A stretch of DNA of 29,167 nucleotides from a virus (taxonomy: Duplodnaviria > Caudoviricetes): positions 1-29,167 of IMG/VR virus record IMGVR_UViG_3300034073_001388. One strand, given 5' to 3'. The translations under genes and the position numbers were made by a program. Positions within the stretch are counted from its first letter, which is position 1. Each line of letters starts with the position of its first letter. Shown here piece by piece: positions 24,863 through 29,167 of this stretch. The notes beneath the pieces are model-generated. The model had not been told where the DNA came from. It saw only the letters and a program-made list of their open reading frames with translations, and ran no database searches.

Positions 24863-24972
24863 TACTTCTTCTTCCCTTTGCGCTTGACGCGACCGTACTC
24901 CATCATCTGTTCCTTCTTGGACTCAGACTTCTCGTGACGCATCTTGGCTTTCTTGGTCTTGTACTTGCTCAT
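24862..24972 (-). CDS. Small Lys-rich protein (36 aa)
   Basis: GAGGT RBS; MSKYKTKKAKMRHEKSE...KGKKK. Confidence 0.7.
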   Translation of the reverse strand: MSKYKTKKAKMRHEKSESKKEQMMEYGRVKRKGKKK

Positions 24973-24994
24973 AGTGGGCACCTCTGCTGAAAGA

Positions 24995-25249
24995 CTACCA
25001 CTTCACGCGGTCAGCCCAATACGCTGCCGACATCTTGCCCTTGGCAATGTTCTTCGCGTGACGAGCCTTGAAAGCCCTGTTGCGGGCAGTGCCCTCGGGG
25101 GAACCCTTGACGCCCTTCTGCCCGAAGCGAATCAACTTCACCTGGTCGCCCGATTTGGCGAGCACGGCATGGGATTTCTTCGGGTGGCTCGGGGTGGCTT
25201 TTGGCTTGTTGTAGCCAGCGAATCGTTCACCGCGATAGTTGATGCTCAT
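24995..25249 (-). CDS. Small basic protein (84 aa)
   Basis: KLIRFGQKG...FKARH...SAAYWA..VKW; start ATG 25249. Confidence 0.8.
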   Translation of the reverse strand: MSINYRGERFAGYNKPKATPSHPKKSHAVLAKSGDQVKLIRFGQKGVKGSPEGTARNRAFKARHAKNIAKGKMSAAYWADRVKW

Positions 25250-25407
25250 TGGCGTTTCGCCCAAGCGTTGTCCACGAGGTTCGGGTACGGGCGCCCAGCG
25301 TCAGCGGCACGCCGCTTGGCGGCAGCCTTCTGCTTGGGGCCGAGAGGCTTCGACTTTTTGTTCGGGTTCTTTTTGTCCCAGAACGCCTTCTTACTTCTTT
25401 TTTGCAC
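25246..25407 (-). CDS. Small basic protein (53 aa)
   Basis: ...KAAAKRRAADAGRPYPNLVDNAW. Not in the track. Confidence 0.7.
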   Translation of the reverse strand: MQKRSKKAFWDKKNPNKKSKPLGPKQKAAAKRRAADAGRPYPNLVDNAWAKRQ

Positions 25408-25531
25408 GGCGGGCCTCCGACATTCCGATGGCGATTGCCTGCTTGCGCGACTTGACCTTCTTGCCTGAAGAAGACTTCAGGGTGCCGCGCTTGTACTCTC
25501 CCATAACTTTCTTCATTTTGTCTTTCTTCAT
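25391..25531 (-). CDS. Small Lys-rich protein, DUF6496-like (46 aa)
   Basis: KVMGEYKRGTLKSSSGKKVKSRKQAIAIGMSEA; GGAGG RBS. Confidence 0.75.
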   Translation of the reverse strand: MKKDKMKKVMGEYKRGTLKSSSGKKVKSRKQAIAIGMSEARRAKKK

Positions 25532-26631
25532 GTGACCTCCATAGTGTACGAATCAACGTATCCTGCTGCACGCACCACGTCAAGCACCCCTTCCGACACA
25601 CGCATCGGAACACCCTTCGTGAACCTGTAGGTTTTGTCTGCGATGTCGCATTGAAGGTTGCGGTCAAGGGTGACCCGATACCAGACGGTCGCATGTTTGA
25701 ACACGGGGTCGGCAATCAACGACCCTACGGGAAGGGTGTCTGTGAGTTTTCGGGCTGCCGAAGCCCACGACCAGTCAGCCAGTTTCGGTACCGTAGCCTT
25801 AGCCCAACCAAGGTGTTTGTCGTGGTTTGTGTACATTTCGCGCATCGCCTCGGCTAGTTCCCGCGGGTCGGATTCATCCCACATCCCGCCGTAATGCGAT
25901 TCGGCTGGCTTGTGGGAGATGACGATGGGGGCGAGATGCGCAAAGTCGCCTTGCCCTGATGCCGCGTTCATAATCGTCGGCACCCCGCACGCCATCGCCT
26001 GCAACGGCATCAAGCCGAAACCTTCGCCCCTGGTTGCCGCTATCCAGCAGTCTGCGCTACGGAAAAAGTCGAGGGTTTGGTCGTCGGTGAACCAGCCGCG
26101 GTGCAAAAACACGTTATCTGGCAGGTCCAGTTCGGGTACCCCGAACGCTTCAGGGTTCGGTTTCAGGTGCAACTCGGCGTCGAGGTCAGCCATGATGAAC
26201 GCCTTCAACACGATGTCCAAACCTTTGCGCAGCCACTGTGACCCGCCAGCATGAAACCTGAATCTGTGGTTCGCGGCCCTTTTCTTCGGTTTCCACCGTT
26301 CCACATCCACCCCCAACGGAACAAGTTTCACGTCTCGATGATGCTTCGAGAACAGTTCAAGGTTGTGGGTGCAGGGAACGATTACCTGGTCGTATGCGGG
26401 TAGCCAGTCAATGAAACGCTCGGGCAGGGTGTCTGACTCCCACATCGTAAAACACGTCTTGTGTTGACCTGCGTAAAAGTGTTTGATTTGGAACGGCTGC
26501 ATCATAAACACCATCACGTCGGCGTGGTCGTGCAGGGTTACGTCGGTGGGTGCGTTGTCAACGAACCCTTTGAGCATTGACCCGTACCCGTATTTGGGGT
26601 CGGGGAAACCACGCCAAGACTGGTAGTTCAA
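25528..26631 (-). CDS. Glycosyltransferase, GT-B / family 4
   Basis: RKGLD...EGFGLMPLQAMACGVP. Confidence 0.9.
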   Translation of the reverse strand: MNYQSWRGFPDPKYGYGSMLKGFVDNAPTDVTLHDHADVMVFMMQPFQIKHFYAGQHKTCFTMWESDTLPERFIDWLPAYDQVIVPCTHNLELFSKHHRDVKLVPLGVDVERWKPKKRAANHRFRFHAGGSQWLRKGLDIVLKAFIMADLDAELHLKPNPEAFGVPELDLPDNVFLHRGWFTDDQTLDFFRSADCWIAATRGEGFGLMPLQAMACGVPTIMNAASGQGDFAHLAPIVISHKPAESHYGGMWDESDPRELAEAMREMYTNHDKHLGWAKATVPKLADWSWASAARKLTDTLPVGSLIADPVFKHATVWYRVTLDRNLQCDIADKTYRFTKGVPMRVSEGVLDVVRAAGYVDSYTMEVT

Positions 26632-26861
26632 TCCGCGGTCTTCTCCAGTTTCGCTGACCCGTCAATCTTCATTGGCTGCCCACCCGTGCGACGTATCCGC
26701 TTGTAGGCATCCAAGTCTTTGTCCAACTGTTTCTCTTTGGCGTTCAACTGCTGCACGTTTTTGCGGGTCGGCATCGCAGAACCAGACATCCGCACATGGC
26801 TGATACGGCAAGCAAAACAGCCAGGTGTATCTAAATCAGGATGCGTCTCTGCGTGTTTCAT
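26628..26861 (-). CDS. Hypothetical protein (77 aa, His/CxxC)
   Basis: H...HP...CFAC; coupled ORF. Confidence 0.75.
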   Translation of the reverse strand: MKHAETHPDLDTPGCFACRISHVRMSGSAMPTRKNVQQLNAKEKQLDKDLDAYKRIRRTGGQPMKIDGSAKLEKTAD

Positions 26862-26867
26862 TTTCCC

Positions 26868-27152
26868 CTACGAGATGTATGCGCCGTAACCTGCCGCAGT
26901 AAGACTAGCAACCTCATCAGCCGTCACCTGATTGTCGGTGCCACCCCAATACACCTTGGAGATGGTGGTGATGTCGTTTGGTTCGTTCTCCGTGTAGGTG
27001 CCGTTCGTCAACAGGAAGACGTTCCTGCCGCGAGGTTCGGCATCGAAATGTTTGAACAGCGAATACGCCAACCGAACCTCCTGAGAATCGAACTCCTTCG
27101 GTGGGATACCCAACACCATGAAGTCGTCGGTTGGCGGTCTAAAGGTGCTCAT
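26868..27152 (-). CDS. Structural protein paralogous to the C-terminal domain of 27149-28231
   Basis: Shared FRPP...G.NV..LT.GTYT...K.Y.GG..N.VT..E...L.AAGYG.Y.S. Confidence 0.8.
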   Translation of the reverse strand: MSTFRPPTDDFMVLGIPPKEFDSQEVRLAYSLFKHFDAEPRGRNVFLLTNGTYTENEPNDITTISKVYWGGTDNQVTADEVASLTAAGYGAYIS

Positions 27153-28231
27153 GAGACGTAACTACCGTAGCCTGCCGCAATCAAGTCATCCTTTTCTTCC
27201 TGTGTCACAAAGTTCTGGGAGCCGCCGTAGTAAATCTTGGCAATGAGCGTGTAGTCCCGCTGCTCTACCGTAGTGTAGGTTCCGTCGGTCAACTTGTAGA
27301 CGTTGCTGCCAGCGTAGGTGGGTTGCGCGTAGCGGAACAGGCGACCCGCAATCGACATGTCGTCACGGTCGGCGGCGGCAATCTCGGTGGTTGCTGGTGG
27401 GCGGAACAGCAGCAGTTTGATGATGCTGTTGCTGCTCGTGCCCGTGCCAGATGCGGAGGCGCTGCGTTGGGCGACGCGAGCCGAAACAATCTCCCTGCCA
27501 CCCGTACCCGATGCGGTAGCGGTACGGAAACGGGTAATGACTTTGACGACAACCGACGACCCTGCGCCCGTGCCCGTGGCGGTGCGCGGTGCGATGTGCA
27601 GTTGGCTGACGCTCGACGCACCTGCCCCCGATGCTGTGGCGGTGCGTGCACGGGTGACTTCGCCGTCGGCTGTCTGTGTGCCTGTGCCTGATGCTGTGGC
27701 GGTGCGGGGCACGATACGCAGCCCTGTCGCCGTCTGGGTGCCTGTGCCAGACCCTGAGCCTGTGTACGCACGAACCACGTTGCGCTGTGCGCTGGAAGCG
27801 CCCGTGCCCGAACCTGTTGCGGTACGGGGTGCGATGTGCAAACCAGTCGCACCACCCCCAGTGGTGCCTTGACCACTCGCAGTGGCGGACCGTGGAACGA
27901 CACGCTCACCCTCAGCGGTCTGCGTACCCGTACCAGCGGCGAGTGCCGTGCGCTTCGCCACCAGCACAGTAGTGGTCGATGATGACCCTGACCCTGAACC
28001 TGTCGCAGTACGCAGCGATAGAACTAGACGTTGCGCAGTTGACGACCCTGTACCTGCTGCTGAAGCAGTGCGCTCAACGACGACTAGACCGCGATAGAAA
28101 CCCTGCGTCGTCTTGTACGGTGACGCAAAATAGACGACCTTGCGGTACGCGTAGTTCGGTACTTCCTCGAACTCCCGAAAGCCAGGAGTGTCGGTGAATC
28201 CGAACGTGAAGTCGGTGACGCCAGTAGCCAT
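27149..28231 (-). CDS. Ser/Thr/Gly/Ala-repeat fibre-like structural protein
   Basis: About 11 imperfect ~21-aa repeats RTAT(A/G)SG(T/S)G. Confidence 0.75.
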   Translation of the reverse strand: MATGVTDFTFGFTDTPGFREFEEVPNYAYRKVVYFASPYKTTQGFYRGLVVVERTASAAGTGSSTAQRLVLSLRTATGSGSGSSSTTTVLVAKRTALAAGTGTQTAEGERVVPRSATASGQGTTGGGATGLHIAPRTATGSGTGASSAQRNVVRAYTGSGSGTGTQTATGLRIVPRTATASGTGTQTADGEVTRARTATASGAGASSVSQLHIAPRTATGTGAGSSVVVKVITRFRTATASGTGGREIVSARVAQRSASASGTGTSSNSIIKLLLFRPPATTEIAAADRDDMSIAGRLFRYAQPTYAGSNVYKLTDGTYTTVEQRDYTLIAKIYYGGSQNFVTQEEKDDLIAAGYGSYVS

Positions 28232-28245
28232 GCGGCTACCTCACC

Positions 28246-28608
28246 TCAATCGAGGGTCAGCGTCAGCGAAGTGATTTGGAAAGTGTCGCCAGCGGTGACC
28301 GAAGCAGACGAAGACAACGCACCAGTCCACAGACAGTTGCCCGCAGTCGAGTTGTCCCACAGCGAGAAATGCGAATAGGTTTCCGTGGTAGAAACGTTCG
28401 TCCATTCAACTGTCGCAGATGACGCCATCGAACCGCTGGATGCGGCAGAGAACGTGACTTCTTCACGGGTTGTCTCTGTGGCTGCGTTGCTCGTGCCAGC
28501 CTCACCAGGGTCACCAGTGTGCAACTTCACGTAGACGTTGCTCACCGAAAACGATTGAGCGCGAAGGGTATCGAGCAGTTTGTTTTCTGCGTAGTTAGAA
28601 ATCGACAT
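28246..28608 (-). CDS. Virion structural protein (120 aa)
   Basis: MSISNYAENKLLD...YVKLHTGDPG...HFSLWD...GDTF; first gene after the capsid. Confidence 0.75.
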   Translation of the reverse strand: MSISNYAENKLLDTLRAQSFSVSNVYVKLHTGDPGEAGTSNAATETTREEVTFSAASSGSMASSATVEWTNVSTTETYSHFSLWDNSTAGNCLWTGALSSSASVTAGDTFQITSLTLTLD

Positions 28609-28632
28609 CAGTTACCTCGCCTGAGATGATAG

Positions 28633-28683
28633 CAGAAAACAGAAGTGGGGGAGCGGGGCAGGGGAGGAAACCCCGCCCCCCAC
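28633..28683 (-). terminator. Intrinsic terminator after the capsid gene
   Basis: GTGGGGGGCGGGG-(TTTCCTCCCCTG)-CCCCGCTCCCCCAC followed by TTCTGTTTTCTG. Confidence 0.8.
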
Positions 28684-28709
28684 CGATTCTGTTGAACTAG
28701 TTATCTAGT

Positions 28710-29167
28710 TCAGTTTGCGCCGAGCGACGAAGCCGACTCGATGCGACGCAGCGAAGCCTCACGGAATCGTGCGTAGCCGCCGAGCCAGTACCAGCCGACA
28801 GGCTGGAAACGCTGGAGCACGTCAACCACTGGACCGCGGACAACGCGTGGGAACGCGCCGTTGCCATCCACGATTGAGTGTGCCTTGGCGAGGGCCTGAC
28901 GACCCGCGATGTGCGTGCAGTACGCATCCACGGTGCCAGTCGAGCCTGAGCCGTTCGAGGCGTTCTCGAAAATCTTCGCACGCGGCGTCTCAATGAAACG
29001 CACGCCTTCGAAGGCTCCGACTTCGCCGTTGTAGATGTTCGCTGGGTCGCTGTACACGTGCGGGTCACGCCACGAAGCCACACCAGTCTCCTTGCGGAGG
29101 TCGTATGACACGTCGGGGTGAATGTAACCCATGTACATGCCGTTGAACGAAACGGCGTTGGCCTTGC
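28710..29167 (-). CDS. Major capsid protein, C-terminal part (N4-gp56-like; starts outside the window)
   Basis: YIHPDVSYDLR...GEVGAFEGVRFIET...DVLQRFQPVGWY; followed by a terminator. Confidence 0.85.
   Translation of the reverse strand, partial: KANAVSFNGMYMGYIHPDVSYDLRKETGVASWRDPHVYSDPANIYNGEVGAFEGVRFIETPRAKIFENASNGSGSTGTVDAYCTHIAGRQALAKAHSIVDGNGAFPRVVRGPVVDVLQRFQPVGWYWLGGYARFREASLRRIESASSLGAN

Overview
About 29 kb of a tailed dsDNA phage genome, probably podovirus-like, with a likely actinobacterial host. The host inference rests on whiB, Gram-positive-type LexA boxes, DtxR/IdeR-like boxes and GAGAAAGG ribosome-binding sites. Minus strand, left: an ART-like gene, an HTH-fused terminase, the portal and a truncated downstream gene. 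Minus strand, right: the capsid C-terminus, structural genes, a glycosyltransferase, five tiny Lys-rich genes, tail tube/nozzle, two Gly-rich fibre plus small-protein pairs, a lysis cassette, and a DNA-metabolism/regulatory block (HNH, YqaJ exonuclease, annealing protein, lytic transglycosylase, WhiB). Between them is a non-coding control region (about 4.8-5.6 kb) and a plus-strand early operon of small unknown genes (5.6-11.0 kb). The most unusual signals are non-coding. (1) A dense array of apparent host-regulator operators (LexA x2, GTTAC-N6-GTAAC x2, IdeR/DtxR-like x3, CRP) precedes the early promoter and is partly repeated at a second promoter. (2) A type II hammerhead ribozyme and three covarying tRNA-minihelix-like elements sit between early genes. 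(3) Two operon-end hairpins have 12-nt loops that mimic the 16S anti-Shine-Dalgarno sequence. (4) A promoter-preceded, structured candidate ncRNA lies at 4.85-5.04 kb. All calls come from reading the sequence by eye; no database search or folding program was run.
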